A model generated the notes under the pieces. The model had not been told where the DNA came from. It was given only the letters and a program-made list of their open reading frames with translations, and ran no database searches. DNA of 63,764 nucleotides, the filler included, from Bigelowiella natans CCMP2755 (Eukaryota > Protista > Cercozoa): assembly GCA_000320545.1 (NCBI GenBank). It is 4 parts of 4 records of this genome, joined end to end, with 100 filler letters (N's around TTAATTAATTAA, not from the genome) between each part and the next. Parts side by side here need not be neighbours in the genome. Positions count along the whole stretch, not along the records: positions 33,726 to 62,577 come from ADNK01003030.1; 3 more parts are not named here. One strand, given 5' to 3'. The position numbers were made by a program, and so were the translations under genes. Positions 39,251-52,982 of the stretch are shown here, piece after piece (position 1 is the first letter of the stretch; each line of letters begins with the position of its first letter).

Positions 39251-42200
39251 ATGAAGTGGGGAGACGGCGGTGTGAGTGTAGATGGTGATTGTGCGGCGTG
39301 CTGCGGAGTTTCGGGGACGGCGCTAATTCATACCGTAATAGACAATCGTGCGGCCGCAAGACGACGCTATACAGTTTTCATCATCCGGTAAGGACTTCGA
39401 TCTACTATATCCAGCACTCCATAATACAACCAACGCTTGATGCGCAGGGGTGAGGCTGGACAGTCTCCCCGGAGGGATATACGAACGTTTCTTTGACAAG
39501 AATCTTGCGCGCAATATTCTTCTTCATAATAACCCGGATATCCAAACGGGGGATGGGGGAGGTGCCGCCACTCCAAGAACCCTCAGATCGGTAGAAAAAT
39601 TGCAAAGGCCCTGTCATCATCATCGCTGTTTAGCACCGGTTCATTGTCATCATCGTCACCTGATGATATTCAACACCATCATCAATACCTCCTTAATGGT
39701 CTTCTATTGTGTGTCTCTACTCGTGCGACTTTGTTTCCCGTCTTTCGCCTTGACCCCTCTCCCCGTCGCTCGTCGTAAGATCTGTGCACATGTGGGCCTG
39801 GTCCCTAGGAACAGGGGCGAGCAGGCGGGGATATTTTGGTACTTCGACGACGACAACTACGCCAAGTTGGTAGTCGAGGGCACGAAGGAAACCAAAAAGA
39901 ACGGAAGCTTTGCCATCGTTCTGGCCAAAGAGGTAGCACCTTGCACTTAGGAGCCATCTAGCGGGGCGTATCACATCAGAATGCACATGTTTTCATTCTT
40001 TCAAAGTAACGTGGGGCGCCAGTGCTCATCAGAAGTGGTAATTCCTCTGTTTTCCTATCACATACTGCTAGGAGGGGGGCAAGGCTACCGTAGTCAAGAA
40101 GGAAAAGCTCGAATATGAACGTGTTTCAACGTCAAAGAGTAAGGTAAGAGGAGAGAATGCTCAGCACCATTCATCCACACGTGTGAGCACATGTGGCGTG
40201 GTCGGAATGATTATTTGCTTCGACCATATGCAGACGATTTTGTTGCGCCTCGAAGCTGTGGAGGACATAGAAAATGGAACGAAAAGACTGGCTCTCCGCG
40301 CGACGGCAAATGTAGGAAGTTGTGGAGGCGAACAAGATGTCGATATGGGAGGGTACGTGAAATGACGACGCCATCCTTTCATGATATTAGCTCTACTCCG
40401 CTACGCGCAAAAGCCTGCACCCGAAGGATATCGTGTTTTTGCTTCCATGTGTGTGTGTGGGGGGGGGGGGGGGAGGCGGGGGGATGATTGAGGGTTGCTA
40501 ATATTATCGACCCATTGTGTTTGAAGCACGAATTGTGCGGTGTTGTCACAGCTCCTGGTGTTTGTTCTGCATACATTCAGTTTCTTTGTGCCTCGATCAT
40601 GGCCACCCCCGTCCTCCGAAAGCAACAGCGAAAACGATGCTTCTAGTGAGGGCGTCTCCTGTCGGCCAAACGCCAAAGCAGGCCTGGCCGCTCATGGCGC
40701 AGAGGAGGGGATGGAACGGCAGCATGTGGAGTTTTCCAAGGTTTGCATTTGCTATGGTGGTGAGACCAAAGGTGGGGAAGGCGATGATGCAAAGCGGAAG
40801 CTCGACAACAGGTCCAAACCTCCCTTCACTTCAGCAGAAACTGCGCACATGATGCTTCTGAGGAAAGTCTTCATATTTCCATGACCGCGTCTTGGCAACC
40901 TAATGATGCTCAGCCCCTCGTTCAAACTGTCTCTCTCTGTCTCGTGTATTTCCATTTCTCGCCCCCTTTCCCACGCCCCGCGACACGCTGTCTATCTCAC
41001 GATTTCTCTTGAATATTGCACACACCGCGTAGCAGCAGCAGCAGTAGCAGACCTCTCAGAATCGTGGCCATTAGCGATACCCACAACATGCATAAAAAGC
41101 TGAAGATTCCCTCTGGAGACGTTCTGATTCATTGCGGCGACTTCACCAACAAGGGCACCGAGAAAGAGACGGAAGCTTTTGGGCGTTGGCTAGCGTCTCT
41201 CCCTCACCCACATAAAATCGTAGTCGAGGTGACGCAACTATTACACGTTCCTACTATATTACTAACGGTGTACCGCCCCCCTCCCACCCTCAACCTGCGC
41301 GCCACGGCTCCACAAGGGGCGTGACATTTTCTGTTTTCGCGTTATTCCGCCGTTTCCCCCCTTATTTTTGTGACATCGTTGCGCTGTCGGATGGTGTAAT
41401 TCCTTCCGACACATCGAATGAGCAGAAATGGACCCCATCGATGCACAGGTGGTAGCTTATTTCTCGACCATCCATTAGGGAAATCATGAGAGTGGCCCCT
41501 TTAGCCAATTCAAGCCAACGATGTTGCATTCGTCAACCTCCTCCTCCTCCTCCCCCTCTGTTGGCGGTCAAAAAATCACATATCTTTGCAACGAATCGTG
41601 CTGGATCGGAGGGTTACGAATATTTGGGAGTCCCTGGAAAATGCAATTTAAGGCGCTTGAACAGCTCAAGAAAGAAGGCTGTGAGAGCAGAACGGTGAAA
41701 GGAGAAGGGGGAAATGACGACAGGGAGGGAAAGCAGGATGTGGACAACAAGAATACACAACGCAGCAATGGGGGGGGTTGGGGGCAGAACGGAGGAGTCG
41801 ACGTGTTCGTGTCGCATGAGCCTCCTCACAAGGTACATTCTACACCATAGGATAATGCCCAGCAGTGACTGGGAAGGAAAATATGTTTTACATGTGATGG
41901 TGCTGGTCGACCAACATAAACGAGGAAGTCTTCCCGCAGTAGAATAATGAATGCTAGATAGAAAACGTAAGCATCGAGCACGTCCAAATTAGGCAATTTC
42001 TTATATGAGAAAGTAAATTTTTGTGGTATTTATACATTCTTTAAGTAACCAAATTTTGCTTTCGATGCGGCAAATTCAGTTATGTCCCATCGCCATCTAT
42101 CGTCACTTTACTGAGATATTGCTGCTCTTACGCAGATCTTGGATGGAGATAAAGAGTATGGCTGCCCTGGGATATTAGACATCGCCAAGCAGATTTCACC

Positions 42201-42375
42201 GAGAGTCATGATATTTGGCCACATCCATGAGGGTCATGGCATCACCAAGAGTGATCGCACGCTATTTATCAACGCCGCTGTTGCAAATCCCGGGATGCGA
42301 GCGAAGAAAATCACATATGATCCTGTTGTCTTCGACATCACCAAGGATAATGTGGAGGTAGTTCATGTCGGCTAA
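39251..42375 (+). CDS. Fusion: N-terminal concanavalin-A-like (beta-xylosidase C-terminal/DUF1349-type) domain + MPPED-type metallophosphoesterase
   Basis: LARNILL..GEQAGIFWYFDDDNYAKLVVE..AGLAAHG..VEFS, then an in-phase splice (40810->41031) to LRIVAISDTHN, DVLIHCGDFT, GNHE, VSHEPP, FGHIHEG and FINAA. Confidence 0.8.
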
Positions 42376-42459
42376 GATAAAAGTTTTAATACACGTGCGC
42401 ATTTCTTGCGGATCGCATCGGTCCTTTCTAGCTTTGATCATGCATTGTGAAGAATTATC

Positions 42460-43430
42460 CTGTCGTTCTCGGTGTGGGAAAATGTGTGATGATGCTGCAA
42501 AATGCGTTGCATGGCACACATGCACAGCACGCAGCCTGAGCTGCGCAATCGCCCAGATCATTTCATGATGTTGTGAAAAAATGGCATCATTGATTTCTGC
42601 GCAATGTCGTGCAAAACTCGTGTCATGACAATGCCCTTGACAAGTCCGAAAAAAGGCGAAGTCACGTGACACATGAAAGTGCAATTGGTGTGATCGAAAG
42701 ATGCACCAACACTGCTAGCAACGCCGCAGACATTCGTTTGGCCATGCTGACATGGTTCATCCGCGAGACTCGTCAACCATGGAAGTGCGCATTTGCAATG
42801 TGCGGAAGCAAAGCATGCACTGTGTGCACAATGTTTGGAATGTGAAAGAACAGTCTAGCAGTGTCCACTTGCAATCAGATCCATGGCAAACAAACAAGCA
42901 AACATGATGAAGAACCACACTTCCAAAGTGTGGCAAGACGTTTGCAAAGTGCGAAATGGGCAGTGCCTCGAACTACAAACTAGCTTCAGTGAGGACTGAG
43001 AGGATTTGAGGACAAAGACAAAGACAGTGATGAAAGACAACGTTTCCAAAGTGTAGCAAGACACTTGCAATGCACGAAACGCAGTGCCTCGAACTGGCTC
43101 TGGTGAGGACTGACTGGTGAACCACCAGCAGGATTTTGGAGTCGGCACACTGGCTGTCACGGAGCAGTGCCAGAGTGTGACTGGCAGCAAGTGAACAAGC
43201 AACATGGCGGCGTCTTGAAGCATGCACTTTGAGCAGGAACTTCCTGAAGGCCACGTCCAAGCGCCGATCCACGGTCGGGTCGCCAGAGGGAACAAGCACC
43301 AAGCAATGAGAACAATGAGAACAATGATGAAAAACTGCATTTCCAAAGTGTGGCTAGACACTTGCAGTGCACGAAGCAGGACTTCGGTTTTGGCCGAAAA
43401 CAATTTTCGTGACACTGTGTTTCGGCCGTG
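42460..43430. repeat. TpA-depleted degenerate island containing three copies of a 50-95 bp repeat (42904, 43027, 43324)
   Basis: Six TpA in about 970 bp by manual count. Repeat core TTCCAAAGTGTRGCWAGACRYTTGCA. Confidence 0.75.
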
Positions 43431-44050
43431 ATTAACTTAGTGATAAACGGGACAAATTAGCTAGTCGCAACTGTGAAATCACCACGATTTTCTCAAAACA
43501 GCAGCGACCGAAAGTGAGCTCGCTGAGACGCTGAACCTGTGTCCTTTTTTAGGTGCGACAAACATGCTGACATGACGCGATGTGTAAATCAAATCTGCAT
43601 CGGCACTGAATGGAGGAACGATCAGCAGCACCCTCTTCGTCCTTCCTTTCACGAGCAACGAGCACAGGAGGAATAAAAGGGAAGAGGGAGTTTCTGAACG
43701 ACGAGGACGAAGCGATCCCTGGGTTGCGTCTGGGTTGCGTCCTTACACTTGCCAGCCGAGTTTGAAACGCGCCCCTCCCCGCTCTACTTCCATCGGTAAC
43801 AAAAACCGGTAGTTTTTCGAAGAGAGGGTAGTCCAGGGTTAAGAAGGGTAGAATTACTCGAGTGCTTAATCCGATGAAATTCATGCTCTCGATATTCCTC
43901 ATAACTCTTCTCCATTTCCCACTTCTCTTTTGTCTGAAGTGCTTGTTCTTAAATCAGCAGAAGGAGGTGGAGCGGGGTTGTGCATAGGGAATACATAAAA
44001 GTCCTCATTCGAGTCTCTGCCTTCTAATTCATAGAAGCAGATACGACAAC

Positions 44051-45588
44051 ATGGGATGCGGGTCGTCACGCGACACTGCAGCTGCAAACAAGCCGCAAGC
44101 AAAAACAGTGATGGAGAACACCAAAGCGCTCAAAGCCCATCTTCCGGAAATGAAGGGTGGGGAGTCGAGACAGGCCCCACCCGCAACCACAACAACTTCC
44201 ACAAATAAACCGGACAAATTAGAGATTGAATCGAAAGCGACCAACGCAATAAGTAGCAGCAGTACCGCTAGCAAGATCAAAACACCCGAGATCAGTGAGG
44301 ACCAACAGGTATTGTTTTCATTAACTGAGTGCATTACTTCTTCTTGCCGCTCCGACCTCACGCCCACGAAGCTTACACTGGTGCATTAGTACATCGTAAA
44401 GCGACCGCATTTCTCATACACGCCGCTCAATCTTTCTCTTTCTCTTCTATCCCACAGGTCCCAGAACTAGAGCCATACAAAGGGGGTAGCGATGACGCCA
44501 AGGAATTTGTCATCCTGCACTTCAACGACGTGTACAACATTCAGCCTGTCAATGAGAAAAGCGGCGGGGGCGCCTCTCGATTCTATACGATGGTGGAGAA
44601 GTATCGGTCAATGAGACCCTTGATCCTGTTCAGCGGTGACTGCTTCGCCCCCTCCGTGATGTCGACCATTACCCATGGGAAGCACATGCCGCCTGTCCTC
44701 AACAAGATCGGCATTCACGTCTCGATGTAAGAATCAAGGATGGTAGAGAGGGAGGGGGGAGGAGGGGCAGGGGGGGACGATGTCACTGAGAGACTTTTCA
44801 AATTCTTTTGTTCTTTTTACGCCGCACTGCAATTTTTCTTTCCACGTCGCACATGACTTGCTGCTTGGCCACCGTTTCCTCCTCCCCCCCCCCCCTCCTC
44901 CTCCTCCTCCTCCTCCTCCTCTTACTGCGTCCTCTCAATCTCCATTTCGCGCGCGGACGGACGGACGGACGACAGGTATGGAAATCACGACTTCGACTTT
45001 GGGGAGGAGAAAGGGATGGAGCTGACGAAGAGCACGAAGTTCCCATGGCTGCTGTCAAACATATTTCGCTTGGCGACGGGTGAGCGCCTTGGAGACGCTC
45101 TGGACATGGTATGACAAACATTTGCACTCTCTTCACATCGCATCCATCTCCCCCCCCCATCCCCCGGTCGTCCTTCCGTCCACCTATAGTAACACGCGCT
45201 ACCTCTACAGGTTATGGTGAAACACTGCGGAATGAAGGTGGGTATCTTCGGAGTCGCGGAGGACTGGACAAATACGCTGCCAACTCTCCCGGAGGGCGGC
45301 GTGCGGTACGTGGACTTCGTCCAGCATAGCCGCAAGATGGTGGCCAAGTGCAAGAGCCTGGGTGCTGATTTAGTCATCGCGCTGACGCATAGTCGCATCC
45401 AAAACGACGAGCTGCTGGCCAAGAAAGTCCAGGGCATCGACCTCATCCTCGGGGGGCACGACCACCTGTGCGTAGTTGCTGCATAACAAGCGCATGCATA
45501 CATACATACATACATGCACGCATGCATACGTCGTAACAGGGGATGGATGGATGGGATTTCCTCCAAACGCATAAAAATAGATTATATT

Positions 45589-45627
<39 letters not shown>

Positions 45628-47642
45628 GTGCGTGTGTGTGCGTTTGCACGTGCGCAAATGGCCAACCATCCTCAGGTACGCTGTGGAGCAAATAGAGCCT
45701 TACAGGCAGGTGGTGGTGAAGTCGGGATCCGACTTCCACGACATGACCATCATAAGGGTCAAAACAGACTCTGACCGCCTAGACACAAAGGACGGGCTTC
45801 ATGGAGCGCGGGCGACATTCGTAACAGAGAGAATTATCATCGGGCCTGAGGTACAGACAGTAGTAGCAGTAGCTTTGCAGTCGTTGTAGTAGCTGTTGTA
45901 GCATTCTCAGGGGCGTCGTTGCGGGAGGAGATGGGGGTGGGGATCAATTCCGCACGCCTTCGTCTTCTTCTTCTTCTTCTTCTTCTTCTTCCAGTTATTA
46001 ACCCTCTCTCCCCCCCCCTCCTTCCTCACATCGCCATGATGACTGACCAGCTCTCCCCCCCCCCCCCCTTCCTCACATCGGCATGATGACGGGCCAGGTC
46101 CCCAAGCACCCCGAGATGGGAGAGCGTCGTGAAGGAGCTCTCCGCGGAAACGGACAAGAAGTTCAACGCCGGGATGGGGGCGCATCGAGTGCGACTTGAA
46201 CTGCTCGTTCCAGGTCATTCAAGAAGGAGGAGTGCGCCGTTGGAAATTTCCTTGCGGACTTAATCCCACAAGCGTAATGATGATGATGATGATGATGAGA
46301 AGGGTGATGATACTGAGAAAGAAGAAGAAAAAGAAGATTCCCGGGAATATGACCACAGGGGTCAACAGATTGTTTTTGTTGGGGGGGGTCCTCCTTATTT
46401 CGGTTTTTAATCCCCCCCCCCCTTTTTCCACCCGTTTTTTTGCTGCAGATAGGGATGTGACATGGGGTACATGGTAGGGGGGGGAATCCGCAGCAATCAG
46501 GTTTTCCCGAAAGGCCCCTTCCCATTCAAAGACATCATGTGGGTGCTGCCGTTCCAAGACCCGTGGGGAGGGGTTAGAATCACGGGAGTTCAGCTGGTCA
46601 AGTCCTTCGAACATGGTAAATCAGGCGGGGGGAGGGGGGGGGGGGGGTGAAATGCGTGAGTAGCAGCGAGAGGAAGTAGAAGGCCGTGAAAGCGAAAGAC
46701 CACTACTAGGACGTCAATAGGAGCTTTTTACGTCGTACTGCTCCCCCCCCCTCCCCCTCGAAAATGGACGTTCACCTCATCCGATAAGTTTGGCTATTAT
46801 ACAGGGCTTCGCAGCTACCCAAAACTCGATGGGCGCTTCCCGCATGTTTCCGGCATTCGGTTCGTGCACGATCCGTCCAAGCCTGCTGGCTCGCGCGTCG
46901 TCAAGGTGTGACGGTGCTAATGGTGATGGTGGTGATGATGATGATGATGATGGGATGATTTAGGAATCATTCCGCCGTTGTCTCTCTGTTCATTGTTGAA
47001 TCTATTCGTTTTCCCTTCGTGAATGCGCAGGTCGTTGTCGTAAGAGCGGACGGGTCAGAAAGAGCTTTAGATATGAAGGAGAAGTAAGTTCCTCGTAGGA
47101 ATAAGGAATAGCAGTAGCAGTAACAGATGCAGCGGCAGCAAGTAGTAGAAGCTGGTCGTTGTTGGAGGTGGCGAGGAGGAAACAAGAGACCCGCATTAAC
47201 GATTGGGAACAGCCAAATATTCGGCATATTCTCCTCTTCTTATTAACTTTTCCTATCTCTCCCTCTCCCTCTCCCTCTCCCTCTCCCTCTCCTCCCCCTC
47301 CTCCCCCCCCCCCCCCTCCCTCTTCTTTCTCCTCACTCACTCACTCACTTTGGCGCTCGCTCCCTCTCCAGATACAAAGTCGCTACGCGAGGGTACCTCG
47401 TACAGGGGGGCGATGGCTACCAAAGCTTCTCGGAGGGTGAAGTCCTCGTTGGCGATGAGCAGGGTCACTCGCTGTCCTTTCTCCTCAGGAACTTCTTCTT
47501 GAAGATAGACGCAATCAACAGCAGCCGCCTCAGGAGGACGGTATGGCAGCTGCTGCTCACGATAACGTTTCTGACGGAAGAAAAAACAACTGAGAAAGCA
47601 ACTTGTGTAGTGTGAGCGAGATCGAGCGGTTCTTAGCACATG

Positions 47643-47689
<47 letters not shown>

Positions 47690-48033
47690 CTGGAAATATT
47701 TGCTCCGCTCTTTCTCTGCTCACTATATACCGTGACAATCAATCTCCCACCAATACTCAACTACCCAATCGCCCCCACCAGGCCCACGCCTCCATCAAGC
47801 AGAGCGCGGAGGAGGCCAAGAAGAGCTTCGATTCAGAGAATAACAATGCCAAGAAGGTTGCAACCCCGGAGAAGCTGCTAGTTGTCCATCCCAAGGCGGA
47901 GGGGCGCTGCCTCACCCTGGAAGGGGCGGGCGAGGGGAGGGCGAAGTCCCACCATGACGCGCTCTCCCGTACCATGATCGAGGTGGGTGACTTCATCAAT
48001 GTCTCCGAGGGGAATAATGCACGGAAGGTTTAA
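44051..48033 (+). CDS. 5'-nucleotidase/apyrase family protein with N-terminal MGCGSS acylation motif
   Basis: ILHFNDVYNI, LFSGDCFAPS, YGNHDFDFG, FPWLLSN, IALTHSR, DLILGGHDH, VKSGSDF, DGRFPHVSGIRF, GGDGY. Confidence 0.9.
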
Positions 48034-48547
48034 GGCAAGAATAGTCGCCGTAGTAGCAGCAGCAGTAAGATCCGTTGTCCAGTGAGGAGGAGGAGGAGGA
48101 GGGGTTTTTTCACCATTTTTTATCATTATTGTATTTGTTGTACTGAGGAGCAGCGCGCGCACCAGAATGTGCGGGAGGCATCATCTGAGAAAGTTGTCGG
48201 GAAACGGGGGGGGGGGGGGTTGGGGGCTGACCGACAACTTTCCTCATGCATTTGAGTATTGAAGAATTGAATTTGCTTAGCATTGTTCGCGTATGATTAT
48301 CGTAATAAATTAATTTGTTATAGTAAAATTAAAAAGCTTAACAACACTACCAATGATACCCACTCTAGTACCGTGATCGAGCGGGATAATGGGGTTGAAT
48401 TTAATTGAACGTGTCATCTCTCAATTTAAATCAACACGTCAACACGTAGCCTATGTGTGCGCTGAGGATCGGATAACTACATATTGATGCGTTGCTGGTC
48501 GGCATGCTAGCATGCACACGAATGATAGGCCTCTATTATGGCCAGCA

Positions 48548-48587
<40 letters not shown>

Positions 48588-49036
48588 GAACGTGTGTGCT
48601 TTCGCAGCTAGTCTTGTCTAGCTAGCTAGTAGTGCCGCTATTGTGTGCGCGTGTAACACATGCTCCATAGCAGTCTCAACTTCATCAATGCGTGGGTCTA
48701 GGGCATGGGCTTATTTATGTGTCGTTGTGTTTGTGCAGCAAATCATCACTTGTTATAGCAGCTAGTAACACAATTCTATACACAAACGGAAGACGGACTA
48801 TGACGCCGTCGAACTATAAATGCAAATTTCTGCCCACGAACGCGCGTGACGAATGCACGCAGCATGGATGTGCATGGTGCTAGCTAGCTAGATGGCCGCC
48901 CAGATGCATAAATAGCTAATATACACAGTGTTATTACACAGGCAAATCTTGACACCAAACACTTGCATGTCGAAATAGAGACTCAGCTAGCTCAGACTAA
49001 CCATGATATCATCTTACAGAAGCAATCTTCAATGTG

Positions 49037-50984
49037 TCATGTTGCTTCGCCGCTCGCCTGCTCCCCCTCCCGCTCCGCCAGCTGCTGCCGCCGCTTGATC
49101 TCTTCTTCACTCCTCACAAGAGACAGGAACTTCAGAGCTGCTAAACCCGACGTGCCCGAAATCATGGCCGGGTTCTCACCGGAAGAGCTCATCATCGCCT
49201 CGGCGCTGCTACGCCAGGCATCGTCAGTCACGGTAGTGTTGTCGTCCTGATGGGAAGGAGGAGAACGATGATGTCCACGACCATCGTCACCATGATGATG
49301 GCCGAGTTGAGGGTGAGATGACTCAGGCTCCGTCTTTGCCCTCCCGCCATCGACTCCTCCTCCGCAATGCCGCTGCTGCGGGATGATAGGGGGGGGGAGC
49401 GGAGGCGACGGTGATGACGCGCTGAATGCAACCCCCCTCCCATTGAGAATCTGATCAAAAAATTCCTGCCATTTCCCAGATTGCTGGAAGGATTCTTGCT
49501 GCCCGACCAGCGTGTCGCCGCCGTGATACCAAGTCGCCTCTGCTGCCTCCTCCTCCCCTTCCTCCTCTTCTCTGCTGCCGTCTACATTTGTGGTGTTGAA
49601 GTACGACAATATGGACTTGTAGTAGAAAACCTCGCCGCTCCGCTTCCCCCGGAGAGACCGTATTTTGGCCCTTGATTTGCGGTGGCGAGTGCCTCTCATT
49701 CTTCGTCGGTCCTCGTCAATTGCCCTCGCGCCCTGTGATAGCGTTCTCCTGTTCGTCGTCGTGGTCATGAGCGTCCGCCTCCTCCTCGTGACCGTGGAGG
49801 GTGGTGCCGCTGCGGAAGCAGCGTAATCCGAGCTATAATGATGGTGATGATGGTGGTGGTGGTGGTGGTGATGGTGATGATGATGCTGGAGATAATGATT
49901 GTGAGGAGGACGCTCATTGTAGTCACCATCCTCATCCCCACCGCTGACCGCCTCCGTCTCCCTCTCTAGAGACCCAATGCCCTGGCAGCGGGTCGAGGGG
50001 TCAAAGACTCTTCGTCGTATCCTTTCCAGCGGCGCAGTAGCAGCAGCAGCAGCAGCACTTGTTGTGCGCTGTGACTGCCTACCCCGTCGCGGCCGGTCTT
50101 CAATCCAGCTCTCTCGATGTTCCCTTCTCTGGTAAGGAGCGTCAATGTTTGAATACTCTCTCTCGTCGTTGACGACGTCATCTAAATGTCCGTTGTCGGT
50201 TATGCCAACGTCTGGCTGATGCATCGCAGCTTTGCCGCCATTCCCTGCAGGAGTCAATTCTTGCCCTAAGGACGATGCTGGGGAGTGGGGCCATGATGAA
50301 AACGACGACGACGACGCAGCGGCCATTCGTTGCGATCTGCCAGCCGCACTCTCATTCTCATCTTGGCGGGGGAGATGGTGGTAGTGATGATGCCTCCGAC
50401 TTTCACCGTGACTCTCGCTGGCGCGGCTGCTAGGATTGTGGCCCTCTTCCGCATTATTATTACTAGTAGTATGGCTCTTGTTGCGTTTTTGGCCATCGTC
50501 GACGTCGTAGAACGGTACGCGTCGGAAGTAATCCGTTAGAGTCGTTTGGACGAAGTAGCCGCTCGGATCGTCGCAGCCGTTGTTTCCTTTGCGACGGCGC
50601 CGGCTCAAGGGGGGGTGTGTGGCCTCCACTGTTGTTGATCCTGCTGCTCCGGATGTTGTGTTTCTGCTGCTGCTCTCCTCGAAGTATTTTAGGTAGTGCT
50701 CGATAGGATGAGGAAGGCCACAGTTGTAGTCCTCCTCGCTATTTCTTTCCTCCTTGAACTCGCCGAAGACGTCATTAGCCCCTGTGCGCGAGGAAGGGAA
50801 CCAAGCCGCCTTGCCCCCCTCCTCTGTATTCCCCGAAGTCCTGCCCGTTACGTTCTTACCTGCTCCCGCAATTCCTCCTTTGCTGTGCTTCGAATCCGCC
50901 GCTCCCCCGTGGGGGCAGTCGTGCTCTTGGCCGCCGTCCTTTTGCTGAGCATTACACATTTACAAATTGAGTCACAATACAATG

Positions 50985-51023
<39 letters not shown>

Positions 51024-51421
51024 TGTGTATATTTATAAGTTGTTGCTTTATGCAAGCATCATCATCATCGTCGTCATTATCATCATCGCTTATGCAATCC
51101 ACAGCAACGTGGGAGACGAGTGGCACCACCAAGAACGCATCGAGGGTGCCGATTAGCCCGGACGACGACACGAAGTTCCCCACGGAAGCAAACAGGCCAT
51201 AAATGCGCAGCTCCACTGAAGGCGATGCTGATGGATATGTAGGTCATGTCTTCTGAAATTAACATGTGCGAGGCGCACGCCCTACGTTCGAGACGAGAAC
51301 GAAACGGCGTGTGCAAAGAGTAGTGTGCATTTGCTCCCTCCTCTGCGTCTCCAACCCATCGTTACTATCACCACCATACGCTATAAAAATCGAAGTTATC
51401 ATCATCGTCACCATTATCACC

Positions 51422-51455
<34 letters not shown>

Positions 51456-51574
51456 TCATAATCTCAGTAGTCAACAACACGCGCTCGCGCGTAGGTGTTC
51501 GCAGCAGCAGCAGTTGCAGCAACAACCCGCTGCTGTTGGGTCGTTCTGGACGCCGCTTCCGGCCGCCGACGCCT

Positions 51575-51611
<37 letters not shown>

Positions 51612-52347
51612 GGCTTGGGTCAAATTCCAAGCATCTCCAGTGCGGCGCTTGAAGGTGGTGGGGCTCAGCGTCCTCGCCCACCTTGTGAAGAGAGATGTCG
51701 CATGCTCCGAGAGCAGGCCCCTGGTCATGTTGTAGACCAGAGGCAGCACGCATTGGCGGGTGACCGCTCCGCACGCATTCTGGGTGTTATCCTGACAATG
51801 TGTGCACGCCGATGTTATCGCTGTAGATACTAAAGGTGCATTTTTGTTTGCTCGTTCTGCTCCGCGTCACCATACATGGAGAAACGATTAGAGAGAGAGA
51901 GAGAGAGAGGGGGGGGGGGGGGGGGGGAGGCAGAGAGGTCATTATCACACAATTCAAGAGTCTCCCAGTGATTAACCCACTGACCGTGCAGATAGCAATG
52001 CTCAGCTTTGTAGGAACACGGGAATACCTATCAAATCCCAGCAACGGCAGAGTTAAAAGCCAACACACACACACACACACACACACAACACACACAACAC
52101 ACACAAAACACACACACACACACAACACACACACGCACTGCTTAGGAGAAGAACGACAATTGCCTTTTCCTATCGATGCCGAGTCTCCAGTGCAGATCTG
52201 CACAGAGCTTCTCTATCCACCGCACAGCCTCGCGCATCGATCTGATCTCATTGCCTCTACCGAACCCCTTGCCAGTCACAAGGGACTTGGCCAGCTGCCT
52301 CTCTTTCACGTTTTCCTTTGCAATAATTGAGCGGCGTTTGAAGGACG

Positions 52348-52427
<80 letters not shown>

Positions 52428-52944
52428 CATCCTACGCATATCAGGAACAATCGCCAGCACTCATGGCCGCTTCCCACACTGCTTCCGAAATCGTCGATTC
52501 AGGCGGCAAACATGCGACATGCTCGAATCGGGTTCACAGGACGATTCAGAAGCTCAAAATCCTCTAGTATAGCACTATACGCCGCTCATCAGACATCTTG
52601 TCTCGGGGGTGCGACAGGAAGGTTGGAAAATGCGAAAACATACAATTTTTCAAACTCCCCGTCGTTGTCCCCCCCCCCCTCTTATCGGTGCCGAAGGAGG
52701 CTACTAACATATCACAAAGCCAACCTTTTCTATCCCTCGAGCAACCTGCCACATCCACAGAGCGATTCGGTCGCCGAAGAGCCGAATCAGAGGCGCCATT
52801 GGCACTTGGGAGAGCTCGCCTATCGTTGTCACGTTGAGGCTCTCTTCTAGTAGCTGGGAGGGAGGGAGGGAGGGAAGAAGAAAGGAAGGCACATAGGGGT
52901 TTAATGAACTCGTATTACATGAAACGAACAACACCCACACATAC

Positions 52945-52982
<38 letters not shown>

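Noticed and set aside
42855-43431. ORFs of 100-190 aa within the TpA-depleted islands (also 57556-58603)
   Set aside because: Loss of TAA/TAG inflates ORF length. The products are Cys/His-rich and Tyr-poor with no recognisable domains.
46090-46650. Frameshifts in 5'-nucleotidase exons suggesting a pseudogene or programmed frameshift
   Set aside because: They occur at homopolymers in a low-quality-looking stretch between G/C runs; most likely consensus errors.
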